Below are positions 13,458 to 24,389 of a stretch of 64,000 bases of DNA, one piece after another. Position 1 is the stretch's first letter. The number at the start of each line of letters is the position of its first letter. The notes below the pieces were generated by a model, which saw only the letters and a program-made list of their open reading frames with translations, was not told the DNA's origin and searched no databases. Source of the DNA: the human T2T-CHM13v2.0 reference genome, Homo sapiens. The stretch lies in the NCBI RefSeq assembly GCF_009914755.1, contig NC_060930.1. The stretch is one strand, 5' to 3'. The position numbers and the translations under genes are program-made.

Positions 13458-13992
13458 TTAATTAGAGTTCTCTAGAGGGACAGAACTAATAGGATAGATG
13501 TATATGTGAAGGGGAATTTATTAAGGAATATTGACTCACATGATTACAAGGTGAAGGCCCAAAATAGGCCTCTGCAAGCTGAAGAGCAATGAAGCCAGTC
13601 TGAGTCCCAAAACCTCAAAAGTAAGGAAGCCAACAGTGCAGCCTTCAGTCTGTGGCCAAAGGCCTGAGAGCCCCTAGCAAACCACTGGTGTAAGTGCAAG
13701 AGTCCAAAAGCTGAAGAACTTGGAGTCTGATGTCCAAGGGCAGGAACCATCCAGCATGGGAGAAAGATGAAAGCTGGAATACTTAGCAAGTTTACTTCTC
13801 CCATCTTACTCTGCCTGCTTTATTCTAGCTGCACTGGCAGTTGATTAGATGATGCCCACCCACATTGAGGATGACTCTGCCTCTACCAGTCCACTGACTC
13901 AAATGTTAATCTTCTTTGGCAACACCCTCACAGACACACACAGGAACACTACTTTGCATCCTTCAATCAAACTGACAATATTAACCATCAAA
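13458..13992 (-). mobile_element. HERV-L 3' LTR (MLT2A), terminal few nt missing
   Basis: 'gttctctagagggacagaactaataggatagatg...ttaaccatca'; adjoins the polypurine tract (minus-strand gacaaggggtggac). Confidence 0.9.
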
Positions 13993-14499
13993 GGTCCACC
14001 CCTTGTCAACTTGAACTCATACACATCTCCTGAAATTATACATAATCTCCAAATAAAGACAATAATGAGGTGATAATTTGGCTAATAAAATACAGCTATC
14101 CCTTGTACAACCAGAAGCACATTAATCCTTAAACTAAATGCTATCACATAAAGTTAACAACACTTAAATGCTAATATGAAGTCAACAAATCTTATGTCAC
14201 ATGAAAAGGAAAAAGAAATGAGATAAAATTAAGATTTTTTTTAGTAGAAGTGTATACATGCACAAACCTATTCTTAACAAAATAAAAAATATATTCATGA
14301 CAATTACAGTCCTTGTTTCTGCAACTGGTCACATTGTCATGGCTGGTTTTAATGACTACTTTCTTCTGCTACCCATTCTGTATTCCCTTTGCCTTCTGCA
14401 AGCACCTCAGGGGGTCATGCTTTTTTACTCCTGGTGGAGTGACCCAAACCTTCATGCCTGAAGAGTCTGGGCCATTTGTAGTCCTGCCTGGGTTGGGCC

Positions 14500-14960
14500 A
14501 TTGTAGTTTCCCATGGACCTTAATCACAGGGCCTGGTAATACTAAGAGATGCCCTATGGAATCTCCTGTATTTTATACATACTCTTCCTTACTCCATTGT
14601 GGAATAGTAGATTGATTTCATCTTGATAGTCTGGGTCAATCTCCCTAACCAACACTGTAAGATATTTTCCTAGTACAAGTGTATACATGCACAAACCTAT
14701 CCTTAACAAAAGAAAAATTATATTCATGACAATTACAGTCTTAATTTCTGCAACTGGTCACGTGGTCAGTTATTAGTTATTCCTCCTACCCTTAGGGGTA
14801 GGAGGAGCCCAAAGTGCCCAGGTGGCAATTGTAACTTTTGGTTTAATGGAATCATTGTTGTATCTCCTGGTGGCAGCATTCCTCTCTCTGAAACTAAGAC
14901 TTTTAGGCCAACAGAACATAAAGTCAAGGAAACAGGAAGCAAAAATTTTGCTAGTGGGTC
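14500..14960 (-). pseudogene. HERV-L dUTPase remnant, disrupted by a templated insertion
   Basis: ORF 14766-15137 ends 'SVGLKVLVSERGMLPPGDTTMIPLNQKLQLPPGHFGLLLPL'; the position after integrase is typical of ERV-L; boundaries approximate. Confidence 0.8.
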
Positions 14961-17830
14961 ACTAGGGGTGATGGTGAGTGGCGGCACTTCCACTTCCACT
15001 CCTTGATTCCTGGACCCATGAATCCTGACTATGGGAGAAAAAGCACCATATATTGCATGCTGATTCAGAGCATACACAACCTCCTGGAGACCTTTGCCCC
15101 AGCCCTGCAAAGTATTGTTACCTAGTTGGCATTGCAATTGTGACTTTAAAAGACCATTTCACCAATCTATCAATCTAGCTGCTTCTGGATAATGGGGAAC
15201 ATGATAAGACCATTGAATTCCATGAGCGTGAGCCCACTGCTGCACTTCTTTAGCCGTGAAGAGGCAATGTTATGTGGAATACCATGATCATAGATAAGGC
15301 ATTCTGTGAGTCCATGAACAGTAGTCTTGACGGAAGCATTGCATGCAGGATAGGGAAACCCATATCCAGAGTAAATGTCTATTTCAGTGAAGACCAACTG
15401 CTGCCCTTTCCATGGTGGAGGAGGTCAAATAATCAACCTGCCACCAAGTAGCTGAGTGATCACCCCAAGAAATGGTACCATATCAAGGGCTCACTCTTGG
15501 TCTCTGCTGCTGGCAAATGAAGCACTCAGCAGTGGCCGTAGCCAGGTCTGCCTTGGTAAGCGAAACTCCATGTTCCTGATCCCATACATAGCCTCTATTC
15601 CTGCCACCATGACCATGTTTTTCATGGGCCCATTGGGCAATGACAGGGGTGGCTGGGGAAAGAAGCTGAGTGGTGTCCACAGAGTGAGTCACCATTTGAT
15701 TATTAAAATCCTCCTCTGCTGAGGTCACCCACTGATAAGTATTCACATGAGATACAAATATCTTCACAGTTTTTGACCACTCAGAGAGGTCCATCCACCT
15801 ACCTGTTCCCCAAATTTCCATGTCACCAATTTTCCAATTATACTTCTTCCAAGTCCCTGACGATCCAGCCAAACCGTTGGGTACAGCTCATGGATTAGTA
15901 TATAATCACACATCTGGCCATTTCTCTTTTCAAGCAAAGTGCACAACCAGGTGTATTGCCAGAAGTTGTGCCCGCTGAGATTTCCCTTCACCACTGTCCT
16001 TCAGAGATGCCCTAGAGAGGGGCTGTAGTGCCGCAGCTCTCCACTTTTGGATGGTGCCTGCATATTACGCAGAACCATCTGTAAACCAGGCCCTTCTATT
16101 CCTCTGTCAACTGATCATAGGGAACTTCCCATGAGGCCATCAATGCAGGCTGGGGAGAGAAGGCAGGGTGGAATGAGTGGCAACCATGGGCATTTGAGCC
16201 ACTTCCTCATGTAATTTACTTGTGCCTTCAGGACCTGCTTGAGCCCAGATCACGTATGTACCACTTCCATTTGATGATGGAATGCTGCTATGCATGCCCA
16301 ATTTTGTGGCTAGATGGGTCAGGAAGCACCCAGTTTATGATAGTCAGTTCAGGTCGCATGATGACTTGATGACCCATAGTCAAGCGTTCAGTTTCTACCA
16401 AAGCCCAGTAACAGGCCAAGAGTGGTCTCTCTAAAGGACAGTGGTTATATACAGAAGATGGCAGGGCCTTGCTCCAAAATCCTAGAGGTCTCAACTGTGA
16501 GTCACCTATAAGTGCCTGCCAAAGACTCCAAACAGCATCCCTGTCTGCCTGAGGGATGCACCATCGGATTTGCTGGGTCATATGGCCCAAGTGACAGAGC
16601 AGCTTGCACAGCAGCCTGGACCTGTTGCAGAGACTTCTCCTGTTCTGGACCCACACAAAACTGACAGCCTTTCAGGTCATTCAACAAATAGTCCAGAGTA
16701 ACACACCCAAATGAGGAATGTGTTGCCTTCAAAATCCAAATAGGCCCACTAGGTGTTGTGCAACTTTCTTAGTTGTAGGAGTTGCCAAATGCAACAACTT
16801 ATCCTTCACCTTAGAAGGAATATCTCAACAGGCCCCACACCACTGGACCCTTAGAAATTTCACTGAGGTAGAATGTCTCTGAAGTTTAGTTGGATTTATT
16901 TCCCATTCCTTGGCATGCAAATTTCTCAGTCCAGTGCAGTGCATTTGCTACATCTAGCTCAATGGGTCAAATTGGCATAATATCATCATTGTAACGGACC
17001 AATGTGATGTGTTTTGAAAGTGAAAAGCCATGAAGATCCTTGCAAACAAGATTATGACACAGAGCCAGAGAGTTGATATACCCCTGAGGTAGGACAGTAG
17101 AGGTATATTGTGGCCTTGCTTCTGGCAGGCATTATAGACAGGAATGGAGAAAAAGGCATTTGCCAAATCAATGGCTGCATACAAGGTACCAGGAGATATG
17201 TAAATTTGTTCAAGCAATAAAACTACATCCAATACAGTAGCTGCAACTGGAGTCACCATTTAGTTAAGCTTGTGATAATCCACTGTCATTTCCCAAGATC
17301 CAACTGTCTTCTTCACGGGCAAAATAGGAGAATTGAATGGGGACATGGTGGGAATCACCACTCCTGCGTCTGTCAAGTCCTTGGTGGTGGTACTAATCCT
17401 TGCAATCCCTTCAGAGATGTGATTTTATTTGATTTACTATTTTTCTAGGTAGAGTCACTCTAATGGCTTCTATTTTGCCTTTCCCACCATAATAGCCCTC
17501 GCCCTACCAGTCAGGGAGTCAACGTGGCGATTCTGCCAGCTGCTAAGTATGTCTATGCCAGTTATGCATTCTGGCCCTGGGGAAATGACCACAGGATGAA
17601 ACTGGGGACCTACTGGACCCAGTGAATGTTGAACTTGTCCTAAAACTCCATTAATTACCTTACTCAATAAGCCCGTACTCTAACTGAACTGGAGAACCAC
17701 AATGATGTTTTGGTTCCCCTGGAAACAACGTCAGCTCAGAGCCAGTGTCCAGCAGTCCCTGAAAGCTTTTATCATACCCCTTTCCCCAACGCACAGTTAC
17801 CCTGGTAAAAGGCCAGAGGTCTCCTTGGGG
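14960..17830 (-). pseudogene. pol: HERV-L pro-pol remnant (protease, RT, RNase H, integrase) with many stops and frameshifts
   Basis: Protease LLDTGSEL (~17730-17760); RT AIDLANAFFSIP and a mutated YxDD (YNDD, ~16983-16994); RPLGFWSK; RNase H WFTDGS (~16070-16090); integrase HHCC (AHEKHGH...CFIC). Confidence 0.9.
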
Positions 17831-17899
17831 AAGGATAGGAGAAAGATGAACAATATAAATTGTCGGTATGTGTAGTGGAGTCCTTCCTCAAGGGGACCC

Positions 17900-19600
17900 A
17901 ACTTCCACTTCATTCAAGTGTTTCTGGGTCTGTAAACTGGTTCAAGTCTGGAAATTGATTGAGGGGTCGTGATTCTCTATTTTTATAATTTAAATTAGTG
18001 TTTTGTCCACTCGACCTGGAAGTTTTCTGCTTATACGAATTAAGTAAGAATGCAGTAGGCTTCCTATCAATTTCACTTCTAGGAACACCATGATTAATTA
18101 GCCAATGCTAAAGCTCTGCATGAGTCAGACTATTCTGATTGCTGCTTTATCTATGCTGTTCATTACAGTAACTACACCCACATTGCCCTTGATGATTGAG
18201 TGCCACCACTTGGCCCCTGCCAGCTTGGGATCCAATTATTCCCATTGCTTTTAAATTTTCGAATTGAGTAACTGTTGTTTCCACTATAAGATCTGCCATA
18301 CACAGAAGAGCAATCACAGAGCTCTTCAAAAACTCAGGTGCTCCTATCAAAAATCAATTTCACAAGGTTATGATCATGGATATGTCTTCTGGAACCTCCC
18401 AGCTGGGATGAGTAGGTCTAAAGTGACTAATCCACATCACCATCCCAGTCTCCCTAAGCTTTGGATCTCTTCCTCTACATTAAACCAAGGGAGATTAGAC
18501 ATTCCTAGCTCACTCACAGTGGGCCATTTATTTATTCACATTTCAGCTAACCAAGCTAATAAACTATGATAACTTTTTTTTAACTCCCCAACCTGCAACA
18601 TTAAATTCAGAGTCCATGCTAAGTGGGCCCATATCAATAAATTCAGCCTGATCCAACTTTATGTTCCTTCCATCATTATCCCGCACCCTTAATATCCATT
18701 CCTATGCCTGTTCTCCAGATTTATGCTTATATACATTAGAAAACTCAAGAAGTTCTTTTGAAGTGTAGCACACCTCCTCATGAGTCACACTCTGAACCTC
18801 ACCTCTAGGAACCTGCCAGGACTTGAGTCTAGTCTATAAGCAAATAGGTGTGTTGAGGGTGAGTCCTGAGGAGAATCACCTGGCAACTGCCTCAGAGGAG
18901 GCCATCACTGTTGCCTCAAGCAGTGCATGGTTTATCTTATCAGACTAAGGTGAAAAGGCTGATGGCAGCATGGGTGGGGAGGGTATGTTTCCACCACTGG
19001 GGGTGGGGGCAAAAAAGCTCCTGTTTCCTCTGGCAAAAAGGCCTCATTAGAATTTACAAGCTCAGCGTCTTCAACTTCATTAGGGTCTTCCCACACACCC
19101 CCATTTCAAGTTGCAGGGTCCCATTCTTTTCCAACCAATGCCCTGGCGAGACTGAGAAAGCACTTTTCATTGATGGTCAGCCACTCGCATGAAAAGAGCT
19201 TGTGTCTGATCTTCCACAATTTCAGTCCTTTGTCTACAGGAAATAAGACTCTCACTCAAGGCAACTGTAGAAGACTGGAGGCTCAGTATGTGCTTCTGGA
19301 ACTGGGCGTAAGAATCCCTGAGCTCGTCCTTTTCTTTCATAATTTTCTTCAGCAAATTTAGGAGCAACTAATCAATTTCATTATATTCCTTGGTTCTCCA
19401 CATACGGTTGAAGGTACTATGTATACAGTCACTAAACTTCTTGCCTCTCAAGAGTGGTAAATCAGAGGTTTTAAATGCATTTATTTTGAATAACTCTTTA
19501 AACAGTTCATGTCAGGAACTGTCAGTGTTCTCCATACTATTAAAAGTAGAGACCCTAGCATTTTGGGTCTAATTAGATTAAGCAGCCAACTTCAGAAATC
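17900..19600 (-). pseudogene. gag: HERV-L gag remnant
   Basis: ORF fragments 'LLNLLKKIMKEKDELRDS...QTQALFMRVAD' and 'GAPEFLKSSVIALLC...GRGQVVALNHQ' resemble ERV-L Gag; located between the PBS and protease; boundaries approximate. Confidence 0.8.
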
Positions 19601-19647
19601 CCAAAACCAGCAACAAAAAAATCCACTCTTAAAATTCTGTTCCTCTA

Positions 19648-19665
19648 GAACCACTCCCAGTGCCA
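19648..19665 (-). promoter_or_regulatory. HERV-L primer-binding site (tRNA-Leu type)
   Basis: Minus-strand TGGCACTGGGAGTGGTTC just downstream of the 5' LTR; resembles the complement of a tRNA-Leu 3' end. Confidence 0.7.
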
Positions 19666-19670
19666 AAATC

Positions 19671-20214
19671 TGTATTAGTGTCCTCTAGAGGGATAGAACT
19701 AATAGGATAGATGTATATATGAAAGGGAGCTTATGAAAGAGAATTGACTCACAGGATCACAAGGTGAAGTCCCACAATAGGCTGTCAGCAAGCTGAGGAG
19801 CAAGGAGGCCAGTCCAAGTCTCAAAACCTCAAAAGTAGGGAAACTGACAGTGCAGCCTTCAGTCTGTGGCCAAAGGCCCAAGAGCCCCTGGCAAACCACT
19901 GGTTTAAGTCCAAGAGTCCAAAAGCTGAAGAACTTGGAGTCTGATGTTCAAGGCAGGAAGTATCTAGCACAGGAGATAAATGAAAGCCAGAAATCTCAAG
20001 AAGTTGACTTCTCTCACCTTCTTCTGCCTGCTTTATTCTAGTTATGCTGGCAGCTGATTGGATGATGCCCATCTACATTGAGGGTGGGTCTGCCTCTTCC
20101 AGTCCACTGACTCAAATGTTAATCTCCTTTGGCAACACCCTCACAGACACACTGAGGAACAATACTTTGCATCCCTCAATCCAATCAAGTTGACAGTTAA
20201 TATTAACCATCACA
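19671..20214 (-). mobile_element. HERV-L 5' LTR (MLT2A)
   Basis: Intact TG...CA termini on the minus strand ('tgtattag'...'ccatcaca' on plus); homologous to 13458-13992 and 37038-37594. Confidence 0.93.
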
Positions 20215-20996
20215 GCCCCTTTTAGTCACAGATGGAGCTGGAGCAGCTGGGACGCAGGTCACCATGTCATGAAGGTGCACAGAGCAGTAGGGCCCTTGGC
20301 CCAGCCCACAAAACCATTTTTCTCTCCTAGGCCTCCAGGCCCGTGATGGAAGGGGCTGCCACTAAGGACTCTGACATGCCCTGGAGACATTTGACCCATT
20401 GTCTTAATTATTAACATCTGACTCCTTGTTATTTATGCAAAGTTCTTTGGGCTTGAATTCCTCCCAGAAAATGTCTTCTTTTTTTTTTTTTCCACATGGT
20501 TAGGCTGCAAATGTTTCCAAACCTTTATGCTCTGTTTCCCTTTTAAAAATGTGTTCCAATTTCAAATCATCTCTGTAAATGATGCATAAACCTGAATGTG
20601 TTCAAAATTAGTGCTTTGCTGCTTAGAAATTTCTTCTGGCAGATATCCTAAATCCATGTCTCTCAAATTCAAAGTTCCATAGATCTCTAGGACAGGGACA
20701 AAATGCTGCTAGTCTCTTTGCCTAAGCATAGCAAGCATGACCTGTGCTTCAGTTCCCAATAAGTTCCTCATCTCCATCTGAGACCACCTTATCCAGTACT
20801 TCATTATCTATGTCACTATCAGCATTTTGGTTGAAAGCATTCAATAAGCCTCTATGAAATTCTGAACTATCCCACATCTTCCTGTCTTCTGAGCCCTCCA
20901 AACTGGTCCAACCTCTGCCCATTACCCAGTTCCAAAGTTTCTTTCATAATTTCAGGTCATTTTTATAGCAGTACCCCACTCCCAGTACCAATTATC

Positions 20997-21352
20997 TATA
21001 TTAGTTCATTCTCACACTGTTATGAAGATACTGCCTGAGCCTGGGTAATTTATAAACAAAAGAGTTTTAATTGACTCACTGTTCCGTATGGGTTGGAGAG
21101 CCTCAGGAAACTTACAATCATGGTGGAAGGTAAAGGGGAAGCAAGGCAAGTCTTACCTAGTGGCGGGAGAAAAAAAGGGCAATGTGGGGACTGCCAAACA
21201 CTTGTAAAACCATCAGATCTCATGAGAATTCACTCACTATCATGAGAATATGGACAACTCCACTTCCATGACCTAATCACCTCCCACTTTGACACATGAT
21301 GATTACAGTTTGAGATGAGATTTGGGTGGGGACACAGAGCCAAACCATACCA
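20997..21352 (-). mobile_element. MaLR 5' LTR (MSTA/THE1D-like)
   Basis: Homologous to 12276-12641; ends 'gggtggggacacagagccaaaccatacca'. Confidence 0.9.
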
Positions 21353-21799
21353 GCAATTATCTTACTGTGATTGAATAAATGTAAATTAACTTTGAAAGAA
21401 TTTCAGAAAATAGGGACTTATTAAAAATGTCTTAGCAATCCTGCAAAAACACTAACCAGAACTTCTGCAAATGAAAAACGCTAAAAATGAAGTAAAATCT
21501 TATATATATTTTTTAAAACAGACACAACCGGAAAAGAAATTATTGGATAGAAAAATACAACAAAATAATTTATTTTGTCCTCTTTGTAGCATAGAGGGCA
21601 AAGAGTCTGAAATGGAAAATAATAAAAAACAATGGAGATAAAATTAGAAAGTCAAACATAGTCTATTTCCCCAGTAAGAGACTAAAGATAGAAAAGGTGG
21701 TGGATGCAGTATTTGAAGAGAAAAAGACTAAGGAATTTTCGAATTGATAAAACAGACTGATTCACATTATCAAAAATACTAATCAAATCAGTAGGGTAT

Positions 21800-22152
21800 T
21801 TGTATGGAAGAGGAACATTATGGTTCTTAATAATTATTCTACTTCTTCTGGTATTTTCCCATTCTTCTTAAAGTAATATGACCATGTGAATTGCTTTAGT
21901 CAATGAAATACGAGCATAGATACTGAGTGTGTCTCCAGGCAGAAACACAAGTGAGTGCTTCACCATGTGTCCCTTCTCTTTGCTGTGTGATAGTGGAAGG
22001 ATGCATGTAAACAGAGACTGCTTCACCACAGATCTCAAAATAGGTGCATCACATGTGCAGAATGAGCAGCAAATCTACATTTGTTGGTGTAAAACAAGGA
22101 CATTTTGGGGTGTTTGTAAAACATGATAAGCTAGTTGACTGCTACTGAAACA
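21800..22152 (+). mobile_element. Old MaLR solo LTR (MLT1J/I-like)
   Basis: 'gaccatgtgaattgctttagtcaatgaaatacgagc' and 'ttgttggtgtaaaacaaggacattttggggtgtttgt' resemble MLT1 LTRs. Confidence 0.55.
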
Positions 22153-22299
22153 TGAAATTAGAGAAATCAATCAGTGAAACACATGTGGATGTCAGTATGT
22201 CACACAGGCATTAGCATAATTCAATCAAAAATCAATAGATTCTTTAATGAATGGTATTGCCACAGTTGGCTGTCTGTCCAGAAGACACATACAGGGATT

Positions 22300-23060
22300 C
22301 TACATTCACACATATCTTAAACCATATTCTAAAGCACATTTTAGATAAATTAAAGGTGCTGAATGTTAAAAAAGTAAATGCCAACAGAAAAGTTAATGCT
22401 GACAGAAAACCTAGGGGACTAAAAATAAGGGTCGGAGCGATTCTCTTTTTAACCAAGGCTTGAAGCCCAGGCATTTTTAAAAGGAAAATTGGCATATTGA
22501 ATTACAGAAAAATTTAAACTTTTATATAGCAAAAGTTACTGTGAAAAATGCCAGTAGAAAAACATGTGAGCTGGAAAAATTTATTATGAAGATGATAATG
22601 TGTTACTAGTTATAATATAAAATGACAACTACAGATTTACAAGAAGGAAACAAATAATGCAAGAGCAACTGAAACATAATGATCAATAGAAGTGCAAATT
22701 GAAAGGCCATGAAACATATGAAAAGATCAAATTCACTAGTATTCAGACAAATGTAAATAAATATACAATAATATATAACTTCGTATCAGTCAGTCTGAAA
22801 ATATATAAGCTACAAAAACTATTTCCAATAGGGTATGTGTGGTAAAGAATACTTTCAAACATTTCTGATGAAAGTGAGAAATGATACTACTTTTGTTTAG
22901 AAAATAATCTGACAACATCTATCAAATTATAAAGAATAATACATATACACATATATTTTAACAATAAAACTTCACTCTTCAATTTAACCTATAGAAATTA
23001 AAGTACTAGAACATAAAGAGGTTTCTTGCAAAATTATTTGAATTAGAAAAAGAATAAACA
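22300..23060 (+). mobile_element. Ancient L1ME-like 3' ORF2 / 3' end fragment
   Basis: A-rich; 'gaaacatatgaaaagatcaaattcactagtattcagacaaatgtaaataaa' resembles old L1 ORF2 C-terminal sequence. Confidence 0.55.
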
Positions 23061-23991
23061 AAATGAATATGTATACAAATATAATCTATATACATATATA
23101 TATATGAAGTACTATATATATAGTACATAAGTGAAGAGAGAAAGAGAGACTAATTCATTGGGAATAGCATGCCAGGAGGGATTTCCATAAAAAAAATTAA
23201 TGAGAGAATGATGATGCAAAAATCTATAAGCCTCACCACCATGGGCTAAGATGCAATGGGGCCTCAAATAAACTTGAAAGGCAGTCTAGACCACAAGGAC
23301 TGCAACACCTAAAGCAAGTCCTAGGGCTGAACTGGGCTGAGACAATGGACCAGGAGAGTACATGACCTACTGAGATACCAACTGGGGTGGCTAAGAGAGT
23401 GCTGGCATCTCTCCTCCCCTAACCCCAGGCTGCACAATTCACAGCTCCAAAACAGACCCTTCTTTCCTTCTTGAGGAGAGGATGTCAAAGAGTGGGTATG
23501 AGTTTGTCTTGCATCTCGGGTACCAGCTGAGCCACAGCATGATAAAGCACCAGTCAGAAGTGTGAGGCCCCTGTTCTAGGCCCTAGCTCCCAAATATTTG
23601 TAGACATACCCTGGGCCAGAAGAGAACCAAAGGAAGGAATTCACTGTCTTGAAGGAAAGAACTCCCCTCAGGAAGGATCCATCACCTGCTAACTGAGGAG
23701 TCCTTGGGCCATGAATAACCAGCAGTGACACCCAAGTATTATGTTGAGGGCCTTAGGTGAGATGCTGAAACTTGCTGACCTCAGGTGAAACTGAGGACAT
23801 TCACAACTAAGGTGGTTATAGAGTAAGACTCCTTCTACTTAAGAAAAGCAGAGGAAAAAGTAAAGGGGACTTTGTCTTGTACCTTAAGTACCATCTTGGC
23901 CACAGCGGGGTAGGGCAGCAAACAGGCTTTTAAGGTCCCCAGTTCCAGAACTTGGCTCTTGGATGGCATTTCTGGACACACTCTGTCTTAG

Positions 23992-24389
<398 letters not shown>

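Larger units (their letters stand above)
13458..20214 (-). mobile_element. Near full-length HERV-L (ERVL) provirus with two MLT2A LTRs (~540 bp, MLT2A2-like)
   Basis: LTRs 13458-13992 and 19671-20214; internal gag, protease, RT, RNase H, integrase and dUTPase remnants, no env; TSD gtccc (13453-13457) / gcccc (20215-20219). Confidence 0.93.
12276..21352 (-). mobile_element. Two-LTR MaLR element (MSTA/THE1D-like LTRs plus internal region), interrupted by a HERV-L provirus
   Basis: LTRs at 12276-12641 and 20997-21352; MST/THE1-int at 12642-13457 and 20215-20996 is colinear across the insertion; 5-bp TSD gcaac (12271-12275) / gcaat (21353-21357). Confidence 0.9.

Noticed and set aside
14500-19600. 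Domesticated ERV-L gene (Fv1-like gag or intact pol)
   Set aside because: No ORF longer than ~130 aa; many stops and frameshifts, an altered RT motif (YNDD) and an interrupted dUTPase
23109-23126. Perfect 18-bp palindrome GTACTATATATATAGTAC
   Set aside because: Mostly a self-complementary (TA)n core within a low-complexity TA tract; expected by chance
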